Shown piece by piece: positions 16,494-24,101 of a stretch of DNA of 34,938 nucleotides (position 1 is its first letter; the number at the start of each line of letters is the position of its first letter). The stretch lies in assembly GCA_036393315.1 (NCBI GenBank), contig DASWHG010000139.1, forward strand, positions 1 to 34,938, in the 5' to 3' direction. Source of the stretch: Anaerolineales bacterium (GTDB lineage: Bacteria > Chloroflexota > Anaerolineae > Anaerolineales > UBA4823). The notes below the pieces were generated by a model. The model was not told the DNA's origin, did not search any database, and saw nothing but the letters and a program-made list of their open reading frames with translations. A program made the translations under genes and the position numbers.

Positions 16494-18077
16494 CTACGCA
16501 TGTTCTGCATCGTCAAATCTGAAATGCAGATCTCCGACGTGAGTGAACCAGGGACGTGAGATCAGCAAGGCAAGCATTGGCCCGGGCGGGCAGCGGCGTG
16601 CGATATTAATGGTTGCGTACAGCTCGCTTGCATGCACGTGACTTTGCGGATTTAACTTCGCCAGTTCACGAACCATATTGACGATTACCCGCTCAAAAGG
16701 CTGGCGCTCTTTGTGCTGGCGGGTCCAAATGCTGTCCAGGTTCTCGACATCGGGAACCGCCACAGCCATGCGCTCATCATAGGCTGCCGTCACAGTCTGC
16801 TTCAACATTGCAAATACGATGCCGCCATCCGACCCGACCAACACCGTGCGAATCCAATCTCGCCGAGAACGCTGGGCATCGACCGAGACCACCACCTCAC
16901 CTGGTCGCTTGCCTCTCCGGACACGCACCAGGCTGCCAGGCATCAAGCCGTTCTTTTCGTACCACTCCTGCAATCCGAAGACATACTTCTTCTCTCGCAC
17001 CACCCATCCCGGAAACTGCTCTCCGGTATTCCGGTCGACCAGCATGAAGCGGATGCGAGGCGCTTCGTATGCTGTCGGGAAAAGGTGGCGAATCCGGGAT
17101 GAAAGCGGCAAGGTCCCCGCCCGCCAGTGAGGGAAGATCAGGCTGACAATCACTTCCTCATCCCTGGACTGCCTGGCTTCGATCGGTGAAAGCTCATCAT
17201 CCAGCTCGCGCTCGAGCGCTAACATGTCAGCTGTCAAGATCGAACGATCATAATCGATCTCGGGATAGCGCAGGTAGAGAGGAGTCTCGCGCACCCATTC
17301 CGGCTCCAGGCGTTTCAGGAACCAGAGCACCTGTCCTGCCGCGCCGACTTCATCGAAACGCGGGTCCTCCTCCAGGGCGAGGTCCAAAGAGAATTCCACC
17401 AGCTTTGAGTTGGCCGAGGACGGCAGTTCGATCTGTTCCAGCAAGGCTGAAGTCGGAAGCGGTCCCCCGCTGGCCATGTCGAGCACCGCTTCAGCCAGGT
17501 TCAAGTGGCCTGCGTTGACGTCCACCAGCAGGGCACGTGGGAACCAGCGCCCGGCAATACGGACAAAGTCCTCGTTCGCCTTCAACCCTTCTTCCAGGCG
17601 CTCCTCCAGCTCGGAATCGAACTCCTTGAGCACGACCTGGGGATCCAGCATTTCATCTTCCTGGGCGAGCTGAGGCGGGGAGTTCAACTTGTGGTCGGCC
17701 AGTTCGCTGGCGAACTCCCGCTCATCTCCGTCTTCCATCCGGACCCGGATCACCTGGAAGTCAGGCAGGTTCGGATTGCGCCCTGGGCGGACATCGACGA
17801 CCTCGCCCCGCTTCCAGTTAAACACCGGGAAGACCAGCTTTTGATCTACCGAATAGCGCTCTTTTGGCAGAAAGACATCGCCTGCTGAAGTGCGCTTCCG
17901 TTCCAACGCCTGCATCTCTCGCCGGATGCGTTCCTCGACCAGGGCATCCAACAGTTCCCGGGTCGTCAATGGGGTCTCAATTTCCAGAAGATAGTTGTAT
18001 AGAAATTCGATATCCTCTTCCTGGAGTTTAAAGGTTTCCCAATAATCCTCCCGAAGAGAGAATGAAGCCATTACCAT
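16494..18077 (-). CDS. Hypothetical protein (~527 aa) with a HARE-HTH-like module
   Basis: The ORF track gives 16494..18137. I prefer ATG 18077 (MVMASFSL), preceded by GAGG at 6 nt. Track aa 211-276, HLNLAEAVLDMASGGPLPTSALLEQI...FSLDLALEEDPRFDEVGAAGQVLWFLKRL, parallels the RNA polymerase delta HARE-HTH pattern (KKPVPFQELLNEI...FYTDLNIDGRF...WGL) as I recall it. Confidence 0.6.
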   Translation of the reverse strand: MVMASFSLREDYWETFKLQEEDIEFLYNYLLEIETPLTTRELLDALVEERIRREMQALERKRTSAGDVFLPKERYSVDQKLVFPVFNWKRGEVVDVRPGRNPNLPDFQVIRVRMEDGDEREFASELADHKLNSPPQLAQEDEMLDPQVVLKEFDSELEERLEEGLKANEDFVRIAGRWFPRALLVDVNAGHLNLAEAVLDMASGGPLPTSALLEQIELPSSANSKLVEFSLDLALEEDPRFDEVGAAGQVLWFLKRLEPEWVRETPLYLRYPEIDYDRSILTADMLALERELDDELSPIEARQSRDEEVIVSLIFPHWRAGTLPLSSRIRHLFPTAYEAPRIRFMLVDRNTGEQFPGWVVREKKYVFGLQEWYEKNGLMPGSLVRVRRGKRPGEVVVSVDAQRSRRDWIRTVLVGSDGGIVFAMLKQTVTAAYDERMAVAVPDVENLDSIWTRQHKERQPFERVIVNMVRELAKLNPQSHVHASELYATINIARRCPPGPMLALLISRPWFTHVGDLHFRFDDAEHA

Positions 18078-18267
18078 AACCTGCCTCTGACCAAGAATCT
18101 TTCCATCCGGCGAAAATACGCGTTGCCATGCAGGCATTTTGCATTTTTTGCCGCATGATATTATACTCCATGAAGACGGAAGTAGAGCAGAGGGATTCTA
18201 GGGTCTTTGGGAATCGCCGTGGTAGGGGCCAGAGAGACGGATTCTAATATAATGAGGAGCAGACGCC

Positions 18268-18558
18268 ATGACGGGTGAAAAGTGGGAGACGGTAGTAGAA
18301 GTCTTCGGCGAACTTGAGGCCGAGATGCTGCGTGGCCTGCTGGAGGCCCAGGGGATCCCGGTGATCCTGAACCAGGAGGGAGCCGGCCGCGCCTATGGGC
18401 TCAACGTCGGCCCGCTGGGTATGGTCCAGATTTTGGTCCGAGAGAGCACCAGTTCGAACGCCCGGAAGGTGCTGGACGATTACTATGCCGGGAAATTTGA
18501 AGAGATGAGTCCGCAGGAAGAAGATGATTACGAAGAGGATTCACCCAATGGGCGTTGA
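18268..18558 (+). CDS. DUF2007-like small protein (putative signal-transducing protein family), acidic tail
   Basis: 96 aa. VVEVFGELEAEMLRGLLEAQGIPVILNQEG...VQILVRESTSSNARKVLDDY matches the DUF2007 pattern (A--L---LE--GI...V-V-------A---L). GAGGAG SD. Confidence 0.6.
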   Translation: MTGEKWETVVEVFGELEAEMLRGLLEAQGIPVILNQEGAGRAYGLNVGPLGMVQILVRESTSSNARKVLDDYYAGKFEEMSPQEEDDYEEDSPNGR

Positions 18559-18628
18559 TATCCCCAACCCGAGCACAAGCCTGGGAACGCCGCTCTCCCC
18601 GGTACCTGATTAATCAAACAGTCCGGCC

Positions 18629-20059
18629 TTACGGGAAAGGCCGCTCGAGCCAGTCCATCGGATCAACCTGCACGCCTCCCACCCAGACTTCCAGGTGCAG
18701 GTGCGCGCCGGTCACTCTTCCGGTCCTGCCCATGATCCCGATCAAATCCCCTGCTTCCACCCGGTCGCCCACTTCCACCAGGATCTCCGACTGGTGCATG
18801 TAGCCGGTGTAGACTCCCCAGCCATGATCGATCATCGTGGCGTTGCCGCGCACCGTGAGCTCTTCGGTGTAAACGACGACGCCCGCCGCAGGCGCGAAGA
18901 TCTGTGGCTCGATGCTGCTGTAGCAGAAGTCCAACCCGGTGTGAAAGTAGTTATACGGGCTGCCGTTGTACGACCGCCGGCTCCCATAGTACGAAGGATA
19001 GCAGTCCGCAGAGAGGCGTGAAACCGGGCTGCTGAAAACCCCATCCCATAGCCGTTCGGGGGTAACGGGCTGCGTGAGAGCGTTCCAGATCTCATCCTCG
19101 GGTTTTGTATTGGCTGGATCGATCGTCTGGGGGTCGACCTCCAGATTCTCATAAGTGAAATCCCCAGCTCTGACGGAGATCATCTGCGAGAAACCGAACG
19201 GGGCGCCGTCCCCAAGGGTGCCTCTCAGAGTCATCGGGTAAAGCCCAGGAGCTGCCATGGCATGGATTCCCTGCAAGGCTACATAACCTCCTTCGCCGAG
19301 CTCGAAGAAATGGAGGTCGTAATCCATGATGGAGCCGCTGACTTCCAGCTCATTTTCAGCCTCCAACCGGATCACCGTCGACCCTCCTTGGACCAGTGGT
19401 AAAGGCTCTATAGATAAGGAAATGATCTCCCCCGGCAAAGCCCCCGGCCCTTCAGGCGTCTCAAATGTCGACCCTACATCTTCATCCATCACCCTCAGGA
19501 CATCTCCGGGCAGCGCCTCCCACGTTCCGTCGAGGAAGTTAGCTGCTGCCAGCCTCCAGGGGTTGGTCCCGTGGATCACTGCCAGCTCGAAAAGTGACTG
19601 GCCTCCCGCCAGAGATGCCCGCTCTGCTGGAGGAGCCGCCGTACTGGCCTCTGGTACGATCAGGTTTGCCCCGCTGTAAAGTTCAAACGGGCTGGTCACG
19701 TGATTCATACGGGCCAGGAGTTCGATTGGGACCTGATACCGGCGGCTCAAGCTGCGCAGCGTCTCCCCGAATGGGACCCTCTCGGTCACCAGGGTCCCGC
19801 GGATGCCTTCATATCCCGGAATGACCAGCTGATCACCTGCAGCCAGCTGCCCGGGGTTGCTGATATCATTAGTCCGCTGCAGGGAGTCCATATCCACGCC
19901 GAACCGCTGGGAAATATCCCATAGCGTATCACCTGGCTGGATGATGTACACGGGTCCATCCGGCTGCTCTTCCTGGGCATGGATCGCGTGCCCGGGCCAT
20001 AGCAGCATCAAGGCAAGGACCAGACTAAACAAGGATCGTTTTCGAAAAAAAGGGGACAT
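18629..20059 (-). CDS. Secreted LysM-repeat M23 metallopeptidase
   Basis: 476 aa. Signal peptide MSPFFRKRSLFSLVLALMLLWPGHAIHA. LysM repeats: YIIQPGDTLWDISQRFGV..., VPFGETLRSLSRRYQV..., and a third degenerate copy. M23 motifs HTGLDF and TGAHLHLEV. Confidence 0.9.
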   Translation of the reverse strand: MSPFFRKRSLFSLVLALMLLWPGHAIHAQEEQPDGPVYIIQPGDTLWDISQRFGVDMDSLQRTNDISNPGQLAAGDQLVIPGYEGIRGTLVTERVPFGETLRSLSRRYQVPIELLARMNHVTSPFELYSGANLIVPEASTAAPPAERASLAGGQSLFELAVIHGTNPWRLAAANFLDGTWEALPGDVLRVMDEDVGSTFETPEGPGALPGEIISLSIEPLPLVQGGSTVIRLEAENELEVSGSIMDYDLHFFELGEGGYVALQGIHAMAAPGLYPMTLRGTLGDGAPFGFSQMISVRAGDFTYENLEVDPQTIDPANTKPEDEIWNALTQPVTPERLWDGVFSSPVSRLSADCYPSYYGSRRSYNGSPYNYFHTGLDFCYSSIEPQIFAPAAGVVVYTEELTVRGNATMIDHGWGVYTGYMHQSEILVEVGDRVEAGDLIGIMGRTGRVTGAHLHLEVWVGGVQVDPMDWLERPFP

Positions 20060-20074
20060 GGTGCGTTGGTGGCA

Positions 20075-20482
20075 TCATTCGGCTTCCTGGCCCAATGCCT
20101 CCTGCTTTGCCAGGACTTTTTCAACACTCTCGATCAAATCTTTTGGGCTGAACGGTTTGGAAACATAATCGTCTACCTTGGCAATATGCAGACCAAGCAC
20201 CTTGTCGATACTTTGGGCTTTGGCTGTGACGACTATGACCGGGATATCACGTGTGGCGTCGCTTGCCCGGAGCTGCTGGTAGACTTCCCACCCATCCATG
20301 TCGGGCATCATTAAGTCCAGCAAGACCAGGTCTGGCTGTTCCTGTTGGACTTTCATGATCCCCTCCCGGCCCTCCCGAACCCCGGTAACTTCGATCCTTT
20401 TCCGGCCTAAGATCAGACGCACCAGGTCAACCATTTCCTGTTCATCCTCGATATAGATCACACGCCGGGGTGATTGGGCCAT
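20075..20482 (-). CDS. Single-domain response regulator (CheY-like receiver)
   Basis: 135 aa. VIYIEDEQE, phospho-acceptor LVLLDLMMPDMDG, T in VVTAKA, K in VSKPF. AGGAGG SD 5 nt upstream. 15 nt upstream of the M23 peptidase gene. Confidence 0.9.
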   Translation of the reverse strand: MAQSPRRVIYIEDEQEMVDLVRLILGRKRIEVTGVREGREGIMKVQQEQPDLVLLDLMMPDMDGWEVYQQLRASDATRDIPVIVVTAKAQSIDKVLGLHIAKVDDYVSKPFSPKDLIESVEKVLAKQEALGQEAE

Positions 20483-20533
20483 GCCATCCTCCTACGATGG
20501 GTTATTCTCTTAGTTTACCACATGGTCGCCCTC

Positions 20534-20562
20534 TTGCCACGCCTGTTACCGTCGACTATAAT
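20534..20562 (+). promoter_or_regulatory. Near-consensus sigma-70-type promoter for efp: TTGCCA-17-TATAAT
   Basis: TTGCCA at 20534-20539, a 17-nt spacer, and TATAAT at 20557-20562. GAGG SD at 20591-20594 and ATG at 20603. Confidence 0.65.
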
Positions 20563-20602
20563 CCTTTTGATATCATCGAACCCAATTCACGAGGTTTTAC
20601 AA

Positions 20603-21160
20603 ATGATCGACGTAAACGACTTGCGTAAAGGCGTAACTTTTGAACTCGACGATACACTTTATAAAGTATTGGACTACGAACATCACAAACCAGGCCGGGG
20701 TAAAGCCACGATCCGCATAAAGGCGCGCAACCTGCGAACTGGCACGATCCTGGATAAATCATTTATCTCGGGTGACCGGGTAAACGATATCCGCCTTGAG
20801 TACCATAATGTTCAGTACCTGTACAACGATGGTGAACTATATTACTTTATGGATTTGGATACATACGAACAGCCTGCCATCCCGTCGAAAGTCCTTGGGA
20901 GTGCGGCCGAGTATCTGAAAGAGGGACTGGAAGTAAAGCTGACCTTCTACCAGACCGAACCGTTGGATATCGAACTGCCGACTTCGGTTGATCTGGCCGT
21001 CGTCCGGGCGGAGACGGCGGTGCGCGGCGATACGGCTACCGGGGTGACCAAGAAAGTGACTACCGAGACCGGCCTGGACGTCCAGGTGCCAAACTTTGTC
21101 GAGGCTGGGGACACGATTCGGGTGGACACCCGCAGCGGCGCTTATATCACCCGTGTATAA
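20603..21160 (+). CDS. efp: Translation elongation factor P
   Basis: 185 aa starting MIDVNDLRKGVTFELDD (compare B. subtilis MISVNDFRTG). Loop HHKPGRGKATIRIKARNLRTG. C-terminus GDTIRVDTRSGAYITRV. The track ORF start at 20474 is a hydrophobic artefact that overlaps the promoter and the divergent gene. Confidence 0.95.
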   Translation: MIDVNDLRKGVTFELDDTLYKVLDYEHHKPGRGKATIRIKARNLRTGTILDKSFISGDRVNDIRLEYHNVQYLYNDGELYYFMDLDTYEQPAIPSKVLGSAAEYLKEGLEVKLTFYQTEPLDIELPTSVDLAVVRAETAVRGDTATGVTKKVTTETGLDVQVPNFVEAGDTIRVDTRSGAYITRV

Positions 21161-21166
21161 TTTGGC

Positions 21167-21520
21167 ATGAGAACACCTGCTGGAAAAGAATGCCGTTATT
21201 TTTACGGAGACTATTATCGCGGCCGGAAGCATGAAGAATGCCGTTTGCTGGCGAATTCCTCCCCTCCTCAACGCTGGACGCCTGATCTTTGCACGACCTG
21301 CCCGGTGCCTGACCTGCTGCAGGCTAACTCCTGTGAGCACATGGTGTTAGAAGGGAGGGTCGACCGGCCTTTTCCTTTCATTAAACGGAAAGTAAACGTA
21401 AAAGCCTACTGCACGAAAACACTGCGCGACGTGCCGGAGCCGCACATCGGCTGCGGTGAATGCCATCCTCTGCCCTCAATTTTTATCGGAGAGATCCGTG
21501 ACTCTGACTCTACTCGTTGA
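21167..21520 (+). CDS. Cys-rich hypothetical protein (117 aa, 8 Cys including two CxxC)
   Basis: ATG lies 6 nt after the efp stop, with no SD. Cys at positions 9, 25, 42, 45, 56, 82, 96 and 99 (CTTC and CGEC pairs), plus His 22/58/93/100. No family recognised. Confidence 0.55.
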   Translation: MRTPAGKECRYFYGDYYRGRKHEECRLLANSSPPQRWTPDLCTTCPVPDLLQANSCEHMVLEGRVDRPFPFIKRKVNVKAYCTKTLRDVPEPHIGCGECHPLPSIFIGEIRDSDSTR

Positions 21521-22718
21521 CCTGGACGATACACTACTGAGCAATGACATGGCCTCCTTCCTGCCTGCTTACCTGCAGGCGCTAGGTGGTCACCTGGAGG
21601 ATTTTGCCCCCTCGGAGAAGCTGATCCCTGCCCTGATCAACGCCACCCGTGAGATGGTAGCGGATAAGCGTCCCGATCGCAAGTTGAAAGAAGTCTTCGA
21701 TACTACCTTTTTCCCTGCACTCGAAAAGACCAGTGATGATTTTCAAGCGGCGATCGCCTCTTTTTATGAAGATGTCTTCCCAACATTGCAGGAGATCACT
21801 CAACCTCGTCCACAAGCCGTCGCGCTGATCGAGCAGGCCTTTCAGCGAGGATATGATGTCGTCATCGCGACCAGCCCATTGTTCCCGCTCACCGCGATCC
21901 AGCAAAGGCTGAGTTGGGCGGGCCTTCCCGTGGAGGAATTTTCCTTTCGGCTGGTCCCTTCCTACGAGACATTCCACTTCTCTAAACCAAACCCGGCCTA
22001 CTACGCGGAAATCCTGGCACGGTTGGGTTGGCCGGAAGGCCCAGCATTGATGGTCGGGAATGATCTTTACAACGACATCGACCCTGCCCGCCGTTTGGGG
22101 ATGCCGGCTTATTGGGTGACAGATGGCTCTGAAAACCTGCCGGAGGGGATCCTCGCTCCCAGTGCCAGGGGTAAGATCGACGGCATCCTTCCCTGGATTG
22201 ATGCCACCCCGGCCAGCGAACTCCAACCCGATTACCAGCGACCTGAGGCGCTCCTGGCCATCCTTCGTTCGACCCCCGCCAGCCTGGCAAGTTTGGGGTC
22301 AGACATACCCGAAACCCTCTGGTCTCAAAGCCCAGGAGAAGGTGAATGGAGTTTGACAGAAATCCTGTGCCATCTGAGAGATGTGGAAGGCGAGGTCAAC
22401 ATTCCCCGAGTAGAAAAGCTGCTTCAGGATCAAAACCCCTTCCTTCCCGGAATGGACACCGATCCCTGGGCAGAAGAACGCATGTACTTTTGCCAGAACG
22501 GCCCGGAGGCACTGCGCGATTTTATGGATTACCGCATCCGGCTCCTGGATTTATTGGAGGGATTGCAGCCCGAGGATTGGGAACGCAAGGCGCGGCATGC
22601 CATTTTTGGACCCACCCACTTGAGAGAAATCGTCAGCATTTTTACGGGTCACGATCGTCTGCACGTCCGCCAGGTATACGAATCCTCAAACTCCCTGATC
22701 GTACCGTGTTCTGGGTAA
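21498..22718 (+). CDS. HAD-superfamily hydrolase fused to a DinB_2-like domain
   Basis: I chose GTG 21498 (GGAG 6 nt upstream); the track start is 21456.
- HAD motif I: LLVDLDDTLL.
- HAD motif II: IATSP.
- HAD motif IV: VGNDLYNDI.
- C-terminal ~150 aa: WSLTEILCHLRDVEGE ... IFTGHDRLHVRQV is DinB-like (His triad style).
- Overlaps the preceding ORF by 23 nt. Confidence 0.75.
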   Translation: MTLTLLVDLDDTLLSNDMASFLPAYLQALGGHLEDFAPSEKLIPALINATREMVADKRPDRKLKEVFDTTFFPALEKTSDDFQAAIASFYEDVFPTLQEITQPRPQAVALIEQAFQRGYDVVIATSPLFPLTAIQQRLSWAGLPVEEFSFRLVPSYETFHFSKPNPAYYAEILARLGWPEGPALMVGNDLYNDIDPARRLGMPAYWVTDGSENLPEGILAPSARGKIDGILPWIDATPASELQPDYQRPEALLAILRSTPASLASLGSDIPETLWSQSPGEGEWSLTEILCHLRDVEGEVNIPRVEKLLQDQNPFLPGMDTDPWAEERMYFCQNGPEALRDFMDYRIRLLDLLEGLQPEDWERKARHAIFGPTHLREIVSIFTGHDRLHVRQVYESSNSLIVPCSG

Positions 22719-22802
22719 AATCACACCGAACGCCTCCATTTTTCTCGAGCGGTGTTATACCTCCAGAGTCAGCAGTTGGAAACACATAAGGCCTTCCTCC
22801 AG

Positions 22803-22828
22803 GTGATTGGTCGAAAGTAAATAATCAC
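22803..22828. promoter_or_regulatory. Inverted repeat GTGATT-N14-AATCAC in the fabF leader, next to palindrome CTTCGAAG
   Basis: GTGATT at 22803-22808 and AATCAC at 22823-22828. CTTCGAAG at 22834-22841 overlaps the SD region (GGAG 22841-22844). Confidence 0.4.
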
Positions 22829-22850
22829 GCTTTCTTCGAAGGAGAAAACC

Positions 22851-24101
22851 ATGTCCAAACGCGTTGTCATCACCGGGCTTGGATGCATCAGCCCGGTGGG
22901 TAACGATGTCACCACCATGTGGAACAATATCCTGGCCGGCAAATCTGGGGTTGGCCCGATCACCCACTACGACCCGACAGAATTTAAGTGCAAAATTGCT
23001 GCACAGGTGCATGGTTTCGACGGCGCTGAACTGTTCGGAAACCGGGACGCCCGGCGAATGGATCGCTTTACTCAATTTGCCCTGGCTGCTGCAGACCAGG
23101 CAATCGCAGATTCCGGTTTACGGATCGACGAAAGCAACCGCGACCGGATCGGGGTTATCATCGGCACAGGAATTGGAGGCGTGAGCACCCTCTTCGAGCA
23201 GGTGAAGGTCTTCCTCGACCGGGGTCCGGATCGGGTCAGCCCCTTCCTGGTTCCTATGATGCTTCCGGATTCCGCACCAGGTATGGTTGCAATCCAGTAT
23301 GGTGTGCGGGGCATTAACATGGCAGTCGTCACCGCCTGTGCAAGCGGGACCAATGCGGTCGGAGAAGCGGCCACCGCGATTCAGCACGGCCACGCCGATA
23401 CCGTTTTGGCAGGCGGCAGCGAGGCGGCGATTATCCCAATTTCCATGGCCGGGCTGGGGGTGATGAACGCTCTCTCCACCCGAAACGAGGAGCCTCAGAA
23501 GGCGAGCCGGCCTTTTGACTTAAACCGTGACGGTTTTGTCATGGGAGAAGGCGCGGCAGTTCTTGTGCTCGAATCCATGGAGCACGCCCAGGCTCGGGCG
23601 GCTCGCATTCTGGCAGAAGTCAGCGGATACGGCAGCACAAATGATGCTTTTCACATTTCCGCCCCGGCCGAGAACGGCGCCGGCGCAGCCCTGTGCATGC
23701 AGATGGCCCTTGACGATGCCGGTCTGGATATCAACAGCATCGATTACATCAACGCCCACGGCACCAGCACGCTGCTCAACGATAAGAGTGAAACGGCCGC
23801 GATCAAGACCGTGTTTGGCGAGATCGCTTACAGTCTGCCGGTCTCTTCCACCAAATCGATGACCGGACATCTGCTGGGAGCAGCAGGCGCACTGGAAGCC
23901 GTCATCGCCGTAAAAGTTTTACAGGATAATATACTCCCTCCCACCATCAATTACGAGACCCCCGATCCGGAATGCGACCTGGATTATGTGCCTAACCAGG
24001 CCCGACCAGCCCGTGTCACGCACGTCATGTCCAACTCCTTCGGGTTTGGGGGGCATAACGCCACCATTATCCTGAGCAAACCCCAGGAGGCAGCCGGATG
24101 A
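22851..24101 (+). CDS. fabF: Beta-ketoacyl-ACP synthase II
   Basis: 416 aa. Active-site Cys in TACASGTNAVGEA, His in NAHGTSTLLND and MTGHLLGAAG, C-terminal NSFGFGGHNATI. Confidence 0.95.
   Translation: MSKRVVITGLGCISPVGNDVTTMWNNILAGKSGVGPITHYDPTEFKCKIAAQVHGFDGAELFGNRDARRMDRFTQFALAAADQAIADSGLRIDESNRDRIGVIIGTGIGGVSTLFEQVKVFLDRGPDRVSPFLVPMMLPDSAPGMVAIQYGVRGINMAVVTACASGTNAVGEAATAIQHGHADTVLAGGSEAAIIPISMAGLGVMNALSTRNEEPQKASRPFDLNRDGFVMGEGAAVLVLESMEHAQARAARILAEVSGYGSTNDAFHISAPAENGAGAALCMQMALDDAGLDINSIDYINAHGTSTLLNDKSETAAIKTVFGEIAYSLPVSSTKSMTGHLLGAAGALEAVIAVKVLQDNILPPTINYETPDPECDLDYVPNQARPARVTHVMSNSFGFGGHNATIILSKPQEAAG

Noticed and set aside
18248-18253. TATAAT hexamer upstream of the DUF2007 gene as its promoter
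   Set aside because: It lies only 14 nt from the ATG, so the GAGGAG SD would fall at or upstream of the TSS. It also has no -35 or TG extension. I could not decide between a near-leaderless start and chance, so it is not listed as a feature.
20474-20602. 43-aa N-terminal extension of the efp ORF in the track
   Set aside because: The extension would overlap the divergent receiver gene start and run through a near-consensus promoter. EF-P homology, correct length (185 aa) and a GAGG SD all begin at ATG 20603.
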